64,000 nucleotides of DNA from Hydrolagus colliei (lineage: Eukaryota). The DNA lies in contig CM068743.1 of the NCBI GenBank assembly GCA_035084275.1, positions 109,306,001 to 109,370,000 of the forward strand. Reading direction: 5' to 3'. Positions 50,387 through 63,704 of this stretch are shown in pieces (position 1 is the stretch's first letter; each line of letters starts with the position of its first letter). The notes below the pieces were generated by a model. The model saw nothing but the letters and a program-made list of their open reading frames with translations, was not told where the DNA came from and did no database searches. The position numbers were made by a program, and so were the translations under genes.

Positions 50387-51137
50387 CACAGAGTGTGAAT
50401 TTCCATATGTATGCGGATGACACCCAGTTGTACCTTTCTGCCTCATCCCTCAACCCCCAGACGATCGATGTTCTGACAGCATGTCTGTCCGACATCGAAT
50501 CGTGGACGAGGGACAACTTTTTGCAATTGAACGTGAATAAGACCGAGGCCCTCCTGATTGGCTCAAGCCAGCGCCTCCGCACATCGGGCGCTGCCAGCCT
50601 CAACATCCAAGGCTGCACTCTCCACCTCACAAAGCCAATCAGGAACCTCGGCATCATGTTCGATCAAAAACTTTCCTTCCTCCCCCACATCCGCGCCTTG
50701 ACCGGCACCGCCTATTTCCATCTGCGCAACATTGCCAGGCTCCGCAATTATCTTAACCCCCGCGCTGCAGAAACACTTGTGCATGCTTACATCACCTCAC
50801 GGCTGGATTACGGAAATCTCTCCTAGTCGGCCTCCCCAGTTCCTCCATTCATAGGCTGCAGGCCATCCAAAACTCTGCAGCCCGTGTACTATCCCGCACC
50901 TGCTTCCGTGACCACCCTCGCCCGTCTCCACTGGCTCCCCATCCTCCAGAGGATCGAGTTTAAGATCCTCGTCCTCACCTACAAGGCCTTACACGGCCTT
51001 GCCCCATCCTACCTAACCGATCTACTCTCCCCCTACACGCCCACCCGGACCCTCCGTTCAACAGGACTTAGCCTGCTCCAAGCCCCCCTCCCGACGTGAA
51101 AGGCGCTCTATAAATGTAAATTGTTGTTGTTGTTGTT
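50387..51137 (+). mobile_element. 5'-truncated L2 LINE including the RT catalytic motif
   Basis: NFHMYADDTQLYLS...NFLQLNVNKTEALLIGS...AYFHLRNIARLR, a frameshift near 50815, an internal deletion before the tail, and a (TTG)n end. Confidence 0.93.
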
Positions 51138-51639
51138 GAATGGGCAGAAAAATTGCCTCATGACCCCAGGCAGGGCTGGGAGAAATGATACTTTTAATAA
51201 AGCTGGAGTGTTTCCGATCTTAAATAAAAGTGAAGGTGCAGAGCAAGATAATACGATCAAGTGAAGGATGATAGCAAGCAGGGAACCAACCCAACCTTCC
51301 TAGCCATTCTGAGGGGTAATGCGGTGTGGGAGAATATCACAAGGTTAAGTGCATGGTACACAATATTAAGTTCAGAGAAACAAAAATAATTTGCGCAGTG
51401 CTTACTTAACATTTACTTGTCAATTTACAGCATAAATCAAAGCACATGCCCATTATTTGTCCATTTTTAAAAACATTTCTTTGGTTAAATGAGAATTAAA
51501 TCATCAACATGAAAATGGGTTTTACACAGCAGAGTCTGTGGTGATGTCGTTCACCACACACTGAGTCTAATTTGAGGTATTTTTTAATGCGATTCTTTAA
51601 TAAGGAATCCCATTAGAATTCCCGTTGATCCGTAGAAAT

Positions 51640-52010
51640 ACAAAACAATACAATTTACATTTATATAGCGGTTCTCACGTCATGAGGAAATCTCAGAATG
51701 TTTCACAGCATTTAATGTAAAGTGGAGTGCCTATGTATAATATTTGTAGAGCCAATTGGTCAGGAAGTAACTTACTTCATTTATCTGGGACAACCTGACC
51801 AAAATATCAGGAGAGACTCCGATGTCTTTTGTAGTAGTGCAATGGGTGCTTTAAAGTCTACAGGAAAGGTGGTTTAATGTTTCATCTGATGAACGGCACC
51901 TCCAACACTCATCGCTCTCCCAGCACTGTATGGAGTGTCAGCTCGTCTATGGGAATTCAATTGGCTGATGTGGGACTTGCACCCTCTTAACCTCTGATTT
52001 AGAGGCAGAA
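51640..52010 (-). mobile_element. Old Deu-domain SINE
   Basis: ggtttaatgtttcatctgatgaacggcacctccaacac...cactgtatggagtgtcagc...aacctctgatttagaggcaga. Confidence 0.55.
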
Positions 52011-53344
52011 TTAAATTCATTTTATTTTATAGTGAATAAGAGGAATCTAAGGTCTAGTCCTTCAAAACATCCGAATACTGTCTTTTAAATATAAATAGTC
52101 AGTTACAATCTTGCAAAGTAACCAAGGGCCAAAATTCAGATTCATTTACACTATATAACTGAAACTGAACATTCAATCACAATGGAAGCTTTTCTTAATT
52201 TCTGTAAATAGTCAACCCTAAAGTTTTATAAGAGAACAGCAACAACAACACTGCAGTTGTATTGCACCTCTCACGTCAGGAAGACGTCCCAAATGAATAG
52301 ATTGTTGACAAAGAGAAATATTCAAAGGAATGGAAGGCAAAATAGAAGAACAGGATTAGATTTGTTTTATGTTCCACAAAATATAGTCAATTCAAGTTAA
52401 AATATATTCTGTGAAGCACTTTAATATGATATAATAAAAAGCTATAATAAATGCAAGGATTATTATTATAGGATTATTATTATGTTTGGCACATAAAATA
52501 ACAGTCAATTCACTTTAAAACATATTATGTGAAGCTCTTTGAGACACGTGATAAGGGGCTATATTATATGGTAGAATTAATAGTAGTTATTACTATGTGG
52601 AGGAAAACAGCATTGCAGACTTGATGACCTAGTTCTGTGCTTGTAGTATTCTATGAAAACTTGTCCTTTTTCTTCACAATTTTACCAGAGTTAATGTTTA
52701 TTCAGCAGTTGTTTGGATCTGGATGAAACAGTCTCCCCTATTACTTCGGAATTCCAACAGAATGCTGAAATCCCATTGCTCCAATGGGTCAGTCAGAGAG
52801 GAACATTGATATAATCAAAGGTTATAATCTGACACTTGTTATTAACTTGTTACTTTATACCGCAACTCCATCAATAGCTAGAATGTCATCATTTCAGGCA
52901 AAGTAGAAAATAAGACGCCTTGCACATTATACAGAACCCTCATTTTGACTCTGCAATTTTACAACAATAGTGACAAGTGCAGATGAAACTGAGAGAAACA
53001 GGCTCCAAAAGGAACATGGAAAGCCTTGGCATGTGATCTTTTGGAAAGTGTAAATCAATACTGAAATAAACTGAGGTCCAAATCAGTGGTTGCAATGTCA
53101 AAAGAAAGTACTGATACAATCACCCTTACTTTACCTGAGAAAACTGTTCTTTTTTTAAATGACAGATTGTGTTCATTTCACATACGCACAAAAAGAAAAT
53201 AACACCATGTTAAAAAAAGGTTGGATTATAGATAAATTATATTACTACAGTGTACAATGTTTTGAAACTTTAGGTGGATTGATGTGCTTGAATATTGTGA
53301 CCATTGAGACCTCTGTACAATGCAGTGTCAGCTTTTTGCTTTCT

Positions 53345-53588
53345 TCATATTCAGTCCCTGACCAAGATTGCTTTATTTCACCTTCACCACATTGCCTGCC
53401 TTTAACCGTATCTCACGCAAAACACTGCCGAGTCCCTCATTCGCACCTTTGTTACCACCTGGCTCACCTTCTCTATCACACTCCTCGCCGTTCTCACCAT
53501 CCACAAGCTCCTGCTTATTCCAAACTCCACTACATACATCCCCACCCAAAGCCAAACTCCGCTGTATTAATGCAGGTCGTTGTTGTTA
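53345..53588 (+). mobile_element. Old L2 fragment
   Basis: tatttcaccttcaccacattgcctgcc (YFHLRNIA-like) plus tail gctgtattaatgcaggtcgttgttg. Confidence 0.6.
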
Positions 53589-54204
53589 GTGCTTTTTCCC
53601 CGTATTCTTGTATTTTACTTTCACAGCTCCTTAATAAGAACTTAAGTGCAATGCAAATGTTCCTTTCAGACAAATTTAGCACATTTTATAGATCATTGAT
53701 TAATAACTGCTCATTTTAAATTCATATACCATGTCCTATAATCAGCAGATATAAAGATAGAGTTTAATTTCAATATCCTGCTTACAGTGAAATATCACAG
53801 TCCTGGATAAAAATCAAGGAATAGAATGTGCAGTTGTTTTCAAGATTCCTGTGTTAATAATCCCCAAATTGAAGATAGACCTGTTAGTGAAATAAGAAGG
53901 CATTTCTTTATTTGAAGGTTAATGGGATGTCTGTGGGGAATGTTTAAGAGGGAAGTACAGTAGATAAATAGTTGGCTTGTAAGGATTTCAAAAGATAGGG
54001 AGAAAATGCAAACAAATGGTACTGGGTTATGGATCTTCTATGATCTCAGAAAATGGTGGAGCAGGATGGATAGGCTAAACATAATTTGTATTTCAGCCAC
54101 ACTCCCAAGCAATAGACTGTCCATCTGAGGCTTCCATACCTCATTTTGATGAATGCTATAATAAACTAATACTGTATTCCCAAGTGCTGTAGGAAGCTAC
54201 TCTG

Positions 54205-54700
54205 CAGGTTGTTGTCGTTGTTATCATGTCGTTGAGATGTCTCAAAGAGCTTCAAAGAATATATTGCAAAGTGAATTGACTGCTTATATTGTGGTTCAAA
54301 TGTGGAGGTACAGCAGTATCCCACTAATCGCCGTGGATTGAGTGACCCAATTTTTTTTGAGACCCTCAAGACCCTTCTCTTTGATGGTCCCATCGGTCAC
54401 CCCAAATCCCCTCCTCTCTCTCCAGTCTCCCCAATCCCTATCCCCAGCTCGGGTCTGAAACATTGACTATCCAGCAGCACCCTGGGTCATCCCCCTGACG
54501 TGAAAATCCATATACAAATGTAATTTTGTTGTTGTTGTTGTTGTTGTTGAGGGATTATTACCCCCTGGAAAGCAATCGGCCATTCAAATAACAATAGGGC
54601 TTCTACTTCCCATTAGGTAAACTTAGACGTGTGGAGTAAGGAAGCTTTCCTTAGATTTCACCCTGCCCAGGAATCAAACCTGGTTCCTTTTGCTTGCGCT
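54205..54700. mobile_element. Minus-strand young SINE split by a plus-strand L2 tail (54360-54549) and a further short insert
   Basis: The SINE body stops at gacccaatttttttt and resumes at gagggattatta, then gtgtggagtaaggaagc. An L2 tail with (TTG)n lies between. Confidence 0.7.
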
Positions 54701-55074
54701 GACCAAACACTACTGCAGTGGTTAGCTTGTGAAGTGAAGAAACATTTTTGCAGGATTTCTGAAAAGCTGAGAACAGGGATCTGGCCTGGCTATGAGATTT
54801 CACCTTGGCGGGGGAAAGATAAACATGAAATAAATTAATAGGAAACCTATCATTACCCAGTATTACAATTGTTTCATATCGTTTAAGTTGAAAACATATG
54901 TAAATTCAGAACAAATGTTTTCACCTGTAATGTAAATAGGATTCAGGATGTCAAAACAGTTTTTATCTTTGAAATTTCTCTTCACAGAACAATTACAAAT
55001 TAGATCATATCTACCAGAACAACCAGCAACAGTAAAGATTATTAATATTCTAAAAGAGAACACAAATGAACAAC

Positions 55075-55272
55075 ACAACAAATGGAAAGCCCTGTCAGGA
55101 GCAGTGGTTGAGGCAGAATCCATAATAACTTTCAAAAGGGAACTTGATACGATAGCTAAAAAGAAGTAAACTACAGGATTATGGAGAAAAGGCAAGTAAA
55201 TGGGACAGAAAGGATTTCTCTTTAAAAGAGCTTGCACAGATACAACTGGCTGAATGACCTTTTTCTGTGCTG
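55075..55272 (+). mobile_element. CR1 3' end
   Basis: gtggttgaggcagaatccataataactttcaaaagggaacttgat...ggctgaatgacctttttctgtgctg. Confidence 0.75.
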
Positions 55273-56059
55273 GTTCCTTGAGTTATTCCAAAGTATGACT
55301 CAAAACGCAAACATTTTGATCATGTAAATACGAGTACGGTTGTATTAGCAAGTGCCAATTTTCCTTTATCATTGTAACAGGAGTGCATTCATATAAGAAC
55401 CAGTGTAAACTATGTTGAACCAGTGTTTCATCACCAATTTGATGGGTTATCGCTGCATTATCACCCTCAAAATACAGTCTAATTAATTATATCAGAACAT
55501 TGGAAATTCAGAAGATAATGTCATTTGGCTCATCAAGCACCATAGACCATTCCAAAGCCCACATACAACAGCCTTCCTGTCATATCCCTTTTGATTTTTA
55601 CTCCCTGATTATATATCCAACTCTCTCTTATAATCTAAACACAGTTCTCATTTTCTGGGGCAGTGTGCTTTCCACATTCTTAATACTGTATTTTCTGTAA
55701 GAAGTTCTTTCTTGCCGTGTTCCTTACTCATTTGGTTCTAATTTTCAGATCTTGCAACTAATGGAAAAAAAATCTAATCCCTGTTTACTTTGTCAAGCTG
55801 CTTGATCCCTCAGCCTTGTCAGATCCACAGAGAACATCCTGAACATATCCAGCCTTTCACCATTGTTTATCTTACCCCACCCTCATGTGCAGGTGGGATG
55901 TATGGAACTCTCAGTTTGGATACTCCTTAGGCATTGTGGTGTTAAACACCTCCGACTAACACCCCACCACCCACCCAAAAAAAATCCATAGTTAACACAT
56001 TCTTCATATCTTACACTATAGTATTATTGGGCAAAAGATATTCACAAACCATCACATTT

Positions 56060-56370
56060 GGAGCTCAGTGGTTAGAGCACTCGCCTTACAAGCGTCAGAC
56101 CTGTGTTCAAATCCAGGCAGGTCAGGGCGAAGCCTTGGGCAAGTTTCCTTACTCCACACACCTAATAATAATCCCTCCCAAAAAAACACAATAATAAAAT
56201 TGGTCATTTAAATCCATGACTGTTTGTGGGACACTGCTGTACACAATTGGCTCTAGCGTTTCACCCACAAATACTGTATACAGTCAATTCACTTTACATT
56301 ATATTCTGTGAAGCGCTTTGAGACGTCGATAAGATGTGAAAAGCTCTATATCAAATGCAAGGATTATTAT
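56060..56370 (+). mobile_element. Young tRNA-derived SINE, near full length
   Basis: agctcagtggttagagcactcgccttacaagcg...gttcaaatcc...atatcaaatgcaaggattattat. Confidence 0.9.
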
Positions 56371-57241
56371 CAAGAATTTAATACAAATCTGTTAGCTCAA
56401 TACCAATAGTAATGAAAATATACAGGCAGGTACAGTATATAACTGCTCTGGTGGCCTATTTGCACTTACCCTACTGTATCTCTACACGTACATTATTTAA
56501 AACTCTAAATGTATAATGTCTGGCAAGGCATTCCCGCCTGGGTCATGATTTAATGGAGTGGCTCTAGTGACATTGTAACCCCTGAGAGTAAAGACTGAGC
56601 AGATTATGATCAGCAGCAGCCACTAAAGCCTGAACTAATGCCAGGCCATTTATAACCTTCCGTCTACACTCAAATAGTTTTTACTCTTTCCCAGTTGCTG
56701 TGAGGCATGAGGTGGAGGATACTGATATATTTTGTGACTGGTACCTAATGTATTGTTAGCTCTCTCCTCCCCAGTGACCAGAACAAAATACAAGAACTAT
56801 ATTCACTACTGTATAACTTTAATAATCCCGGCATTTGATACAGTGCCCTATCATGCCAAAGCGCGCCCCACGGTTCTTTGTCATGTGATGACTACAACAA
56901 CCATAACCAAATTACATTTGTATAGTGCCTTTCACGTCTGGAGGACCTGAAAAGTGCTGGACAGACTACACTTGATGGAGAACGCACACAACCATGCCCC
57001 ACAAATAGTCAGTGAAATGGATAAGCTTTTCTTCTGGGGGACCAGGACACTGTCCCATTGTTTTAGAAATCGTGTTATTGGATTTTTAATATGCCATGAC
57101 CACAGTTTAATATCTCATCCAATGAATGGCAGCTTTGACAATGCAACACTCGCCAGCACTGTGTTGACACAGCAGCCTAGATTATGAATTTAAGGTCCCT
57201 GACTTGACGCTTGAACACTAATACTACTGCTATTATTTCTA

Positions 57242-57432
57242 TTAATAATAATAATAATCCTTGCATTTAATATAGCGCTTTTCACGTCTCCTTGACGTCT
57301 CAAAGCGCTTCACAGAATATACTATAAATTGATTTGACTGTATATTTGTGGGCAAAATGAAACAGCCAATTGCACTCAGCAGTGTCCCACAAGCAGTCGT
57401 GGATTGCAATGACCAATTTATTATTGTTTTTA
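57242..57432 (-). mobile_element. Young SINE, 3' half
   Basis: taataataataatccttgcatttaatatagcgcttttcacgtctccttgacgtctcaaagcgcttcac. Confidence 0.88.
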
Positions 57433-60400
57433 ATGCATAATGCATCCATAACATAACATAACATTCCCACCCCCATCCCCAAAACTTTACAGATCTCTTC
57501 CCCCACCAGTCTTGGGTACCATGCCAGCTGTGTAAAGCTGGAAACAGCCTCCTCAAATGAAAGGCCCTATATAAATGTAAATTGTACCATAACATGCATC
57601 CAATAGACTGTATTCAAGTACCTGTACTTATATTTTTGAAATTGGTGATATATGTAGAATAAAGATCCTTAAATTGGGGCGCTGCATTACTTTAGACCAT
57701 GTACAGTAAATGAACAGAACACAGACATAGGGTAAACATTAAGTGTAAGATTTTAATTATCAACTACACTTTCGAATACAGTACTAACAGCTGCTGTTAG
57801 CCAAATAGCGGCAGATGCTCATATATATTTAAAGAGAAGTCTCTAGTTTGTATCTGCATTTAAAAAATGTACACTTTGCAACTTAGTAAGCTGTCTGCCT
57901 ATTTTGCATTATTCAGTTTTTTAAATGACTGTCTGAAGTTTGTCATCTAACACCCAATTCACACCATTCCTTGAGAAGTGATCCCATACGTTACACAGAG
58001 TGCTCTCATATCCACACAGTAATAGATGCAATTAGTAAAAATATTTGTGCATACACAATATTTAACATACACTATGCAGAGACTGAATATTGTGCATATA
58101 TGTGTTTCTATTATGGAGTGGGAGGGAAGTAGGAAAGGAGGAAGTGGCTGTCTCATTCCTTTAAAAAGTATGCAAATTCAGAAAGCACAAAATATTTCAC
58201 AATGTAATACATATGCATTATTTTGATTCCCCCCCACAAAATACAGTCATTCACTTTACATTATATTCTGCCAAGTGCTTTGAGACGTCTCAAAGACGTC
58301 TCATCTGTATCAGATGAAAGGATTATATATTATTACCCTTCCAGATACTAAATCAAAACAGGAGCTGTATTTGAGATCAAAAGAGAATAGCGCCAACACC
58401 AGTTAACCGGAAGGTGTTTCATTCAACAGTTCCTTACTTTACATTTTTTTTCTGTCAATTCCTCTCCCCAACTTTCTTAAGGTATTTAACTACTGTAGAT
58501 TGTTCCTTCCACTGGGAAAAGGTTCCACAAGCCCCAGTTGTCCTCTGATGCTTCATAATAATGGCCATTATTTATGTGTGGGTCTTAACAGTGAGTGTTG
58601 GCAGCCCATTCAAATAAAGAGGTCATAGAAATCATAGAATTTTACGGCACAAAAGGAGGCCATTTGGTCATCACAGCTCAGTCTGATTCAATCCAACCTG
58701 ATCTGTGGATTGTGCATTGTTTATTAGGAGGGTCCTGAACAGCATTCAGGGGAAGGACCCTTTCTCTTAGTCCAGGACACTGAGGCCAATTGCAGCTAAA
58801 GCTGCAATCAACTCCCTTGGCACACATTGGGATACACACCAGTCTTTCTGTTAAAGGTAAAACGATTTCCCTAGACATCAATAAACTCAAAATGACTATT
58901 GAAAAGCTTTAACATTCTACCATTTTGGGCTGTAAATAAAACAATATCTGCACGTGAACATAAAGGAATCCCTTATCATCTCCCCTGTTATCTTTTCTTT
59001 AGCCGTGGGCCACTGTACAATATTCGTGAAAAGTAAATTGCACTTAATAACACAAGAGATGTGCATAGTTTTCATACAATGAAATAACAATTGCTCTGAC
59101 AAGGGCTCAAGTTTTCGAACCTCTTCTCCATCACCCTGGGCTCTGTACTACCAGTGGGCATGTGGGCAGGTGATTTTCCAGTCCTTCAATGTTACCACCG
59201 GTTGGGGTTTAACGTACAGTGATTGTTAAAAATAACAAACTTTTGCACAGAACAGGAAATCACATTGGAAAGACTTAACGATTAAGATCACTAGGTTTAG
59301 ATCCCCCCACCCCCCCCCTCCCCCACCCCCAAGTCTGTTGCTTATTTTCTGTTCCCCCTCTCCCATTCAGTGAGCGATCAGTCCCTCCTACAGCATCCAG
59401 TGTGGAGGATCTCAGCTGCAATCCTCCTCCGTACTGATGTGGACCAGGAAACTGCATAGAATGATACAATACAGATACAGGTCATTGGCCCAACATATCT
59501 ATGCCAGTGTTTCGGTGGTTATACTCCACTTGAGCTTCCCTCAACCAATTCCCCACCCAGCAAGTTCTGCATACTGCGCCACCCCTAAATTCAAATAGCT
59601 GGAAACCAAAGCCGCTTTAAAGAGAAGCAGCGCTGGTAACATTTTCATACCTGGAAAGGACTGACATGTGGCAAAATGGCAATGGAGATAAATCCTTATC
59701 ACGATATTTCACTTATACTAAAGGCAATGTTTGAAAATTCATTTTCTTCAACAAGATTTCCTGTGAAATGTAATTGATACCAAATATTCGCCTTGCAAAT
59801 TTTAATGCGTTTCTGAATTGAATGAGTATTTTTCATAGTCTGGTTACTACAGTACTTGCCTTAATGCACCCCATTTATTTCACTTCATCTGTATCCATGA
59901 GCCGTGCGATACAGTAGGCACTTTTAAACGTCTGTCTGTTTAAACACAAGTTTTGCACAAAACACATGTTCGTTCTGATCATTTATACAGTTGAGGTCTG
60001 TGTGACAAATGGCTGTTACACCATGTATGTGACATATAAGATTTATTCCACAAATTCAAGAAAGCAACCCAACCAGAACTACTTTCCCACCCGTCGTGAG
60101 AAAAAACGTAAATAGCTGTGCTTTGGCACTACACGTCATCGGCCGTTGAGTGTAACCATAACAACCAGCGCCGAAAAACAGCCCACTTCACAAGAACGTC
60201 AATCTATGGAAGAAGAAAGGGCCAATCAGCCAGTCCAAAATCTGACTATGAAATGACATTGAAAATTGATTTGCCAAAAGATACCATGTGTCTGATGTGA
60301 ATAGTATAGTGTCGAGGACCTTGTTGAGCAGGATATTTGTTTACAAACAGAATAAACATCTTTGGGACGTCCTGCCGACGTGAAAGGCATTGTAAAAATA

Positions 60401-60444
60401 TAATTTTCTTGTTTGTTTGTGGTTTATCTTCTACCTTCAGTAGT

Positions 60445-60758
60445 GGAGACCTGTAGATCAGTGGTTAGAGCACTCGCCTTTCAAGCGAGAGACCTAGGTT
60501 CAATTCCAGGCAGGGTGAAACCTTGGGCAAGTTTTCCTACTCCACATGCCTAATGATAATCCCTCAACAAAAAAACAATAATAAATTGGTCATTTCAATC
60601 CACGACTGTTTGTGGGACACTGTTGTGCACAATTGGCTGTCCCATTTCGACCACATATATACAGTCAATTCACTTTACAGTGTATTCTGTCAAGCGCTTT
60701 GAGATGTCTAGAAGACGGGAAAAGCGCTATAGTAAATGCAAGTATTATTATTATTATT
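60445..60758 (+). mobile_element. Young tRNA-derived SINE, full length (best reference copy)
   Basis: ggagacctgtagatcagtggttagagcactcgcctttcaagcgagagacctaggttcaattccagg (A box, anticodon stem-loop, B box), then body and (TTA)n tail. Confidence 0.92.
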
Positions 60759-61862
60759 CACTAAGTGTAGGCAATCTTTGGGATTGAGTTTAGAACAGCA
60801 CTTCCCATTTTCAGCACAGATTTGAACAATCAGCTATTCAAATAAATTGAATAAAATATGCTCAGTTTAACCAATAGTGTCTTGTCCACTGTACTGCATA
60901 CACTGCAGCCAAATTGCAACATCCATGGTTTTGTATTTTGTGGTGCCAAATCACTAAATCTTGGAATTTGAACATGTCTGTTCTTTATTTAGCACATTTG
61001 AAATAGAATCCTCCTTCAAGGTTTCTTTACTATTTCAAGCATTTCTTTCTAGAAATGCAACATTTCTATAGAGTTTGAATCTAGTCCATACTTTGTTTGC
61101 CAGGCTACTGGATAAAATCACAACTATAAGCTTTCTAATATAGCCAGAAAACTGAGTGCATTTTTAAATTAAGGTTAACAGACACCAAAGAAGATATTTA
61201 TTTAGGTACATAGGGGATGAGTTTTCAAGCAACATGATTGTTACCTTTCACTTGTAACGTCACAGCTCAACTGAGAAAGATGTGGTAAAAAAAAAGCAAA
61301 TTTCTTCCACAAATGAAAATTAAGGGAAAAATGCACAATTTTTTGATAGGTTAAAAATGCCTTGCATTACAAAAAAAATGGATACTACACAGTACACACC
61401 AAGGTCAGGATTTTGTGGGTATTAAGGGTACTGAATACCGCATAAAGATTTTTTTCTGTAAATAACCTGTCGACAATATAATAATTGTGCCTGAGCACAA
61501 TATTTCAGTAGATCTGCATCAAAGCTTAGCTTATTTAAAGCTGGCTTTGGTGACATTGGCTTTAAAGAGGATTACTCAGTGTACTGGTAATGCAAGTGGT
61601 AGACATCGCTTGCCTCCCAACCAAACGGTCACAGGTTGAGCCCCAGGGTTGCTTGTCATATGAATCTGCCGACTTCAGTCAGGTGAGAGCAAGGAATTAC
61701 AGCATTCTAACTATTCAGGGGCCATGATGTTACGATCCTTCCGGCTTTTCTAACAAGATTACTCTGATAGAAGTTACGACCATAGTTATTAGTGAAATAA
61801 TGCTAGTACAGTAGAGAAATATCTGTGTGTGGAAGAGAGGAAGAACAGGACAACTTGTAATC

Positions 61863-62288
61863 TTGTAAGGCGGGTACTCTAACCACTGAGCTCCTGTAGC
61901 TCAGTGGATAGAGCACCCGCCTGACAACAACAACAACTTCAATTTATATAGTGTCCTGCACGCCGGATGGGGTCTCAGAGCACTTCACAATAATGGATCC
62001 CAAGTGTGAGACCCGTGTTCGAATCCAGGCAGGTTAAGGCTAAACCTTGAGCAAGTTTCCTTACTCCACACGCCTAATAATAATCCATCCGAAAAATACT
62101 ACAATACAGTAATAAAATTGGTCATTTCAATCCATGACTATTTGTGGTACACTGCTGTGCGCAATTGGCTGCAGCATTTCGCCCACAAATATACAGTCAA
62201 TTTACTTTACAGTGTATTCTATGAAGCGCTTTGAGATGTCGATAAGATGTGAAAAGTGCTATATCAAATGCAAGGATTATTATTATTA
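61863..62288 (+). mobile_element. Young SINE with an inverted head duplication and a nested L2 tail
   Basis: 61863-61892 is the reverse complement of 61898-61927. A minus-strand L2 tail occupies 61925-62000 and the SINE resumes at caagtgtgagacc. Confidence 0.85.
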
Positions 62289-63704
62289 TGTGGCTGATTT
62301 TGAGAAACACCATATTGATTGAAGCTTACTCGCCAACCAGATGTTGATTCTTTTGAGAGAATCCATCAACATTAAACCTTCTTGCCATCAAGCTTCCTCC
62401 TGCACAAGCACGAGACCTGGAGGGTGTACAGCTCTATGGTTACTCTCACAATGTAGTCAATGAAAGCTCAGAAGAAGAGATGGAGGAAGTTTTCCAGAGG
62501 GAGTGGAGGGCTAAATATTTCAAGGCTCTCTGAGTAGGGAACTGATTTGAGAGATGTTTCAGAAGTAGGATCTGCATGGACCTCTGAACTTTAGAACCAC
62601 TGTTTGGTAAAGGGGAAAAAGAAGGTCCTTGAATACTGTCCTTTCTGCTTTGTTGAAAACTTGAAAGCCTGATCTGAAAAGCTTAAACAGTGGTCCAGCA
62701 TCTTGGCACGTCTATCCAACATAATTAACCTTCCAATTTTAAATGTTAGAGAGGGGAGGACATGTTACAGTAATTCACAAAAGTATTCCTTAGAAAATCT
62801 GTAAGTCTATGATGTCAACTTATAGCATGTCAAACTCAAACTACTTTTGATTACAGCTCACTTCCAGTGATCTGAAAAACTCATTCACAAATTTCTATAT
62901 TAAAAATTCCAATTAAGAAATACCATGAAATTGATCTCAAGGTTTCATTGTAGCCATCAAAGAATAATATTTAATTTCCTATTATATCCTGTGAACCCAA
63001 CATGGTTTTAGTATTTGTTGAAAAAGAAATCCAAGCACTGACAGTATCAAAGCACAAACATAGTGAAAGGTGGCAAACACAGAGATGATACACATATTTT
63101 AGCGCAAAATGGTTGTGCTAATTTCTCTTTTATATGTGCATTTTAAATCTAACACAAAGATTTTCGACAATATTGCTGCTGCACAAATTCAGCAAAATAT
63201 TTTGTGGGTTAAGATAATGTGATCACAGTTAAACAAATGTTAAGATCCGGTTATGTGGAATTCTGAAATAAATCCAGCCTCATCTAGTGCTAGGCAGTCA
63301 TTTAAAATTTTGCTATAATCTGGGAAGATCTCTCATGTCAGCAAAAATGCAAATCTGACTTTCTACGTCTAACAAAACTAAGTCTCACAGCAAAACTTTG
63401 CCTTTCTGATACCATTTCGCAATATGGCTCTGGTAGTCCAGAGAATGCGATTCAAATGGGTTTATTAGACAGACTGCTTGTTTCAAATGATGTCCCTGAT
63501 AGGCACGGACATAATGACATCATACTGTAACAATCACAATGACATCAAAGCTTTGCAGAGAATGTCATTAGATTTGTTTTATTTAAATATTCCTCGCTTT
63601 TGACATTGCACGTCCAGTTGGTAGGATCTCACAGAATATATGGCGAAGTGTAATGATTGTGTATTTTGCAGGCCAAACGTGGCAGCCAATATGCTCACAG
63701 CACA

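Noticed and set aside
53159-53719. 186 aa ORF
   Set aside because: Chance read-through across an old L2 fragment.
60445-60515. tRNA gene (A and B boxes, anticodon stem-loop)
   Set aside because: It is the head of a multi-copy SINE. The anticodon varies among copies (TAC, TTC, AAC, TGC) and it runs straight into the SINE body.
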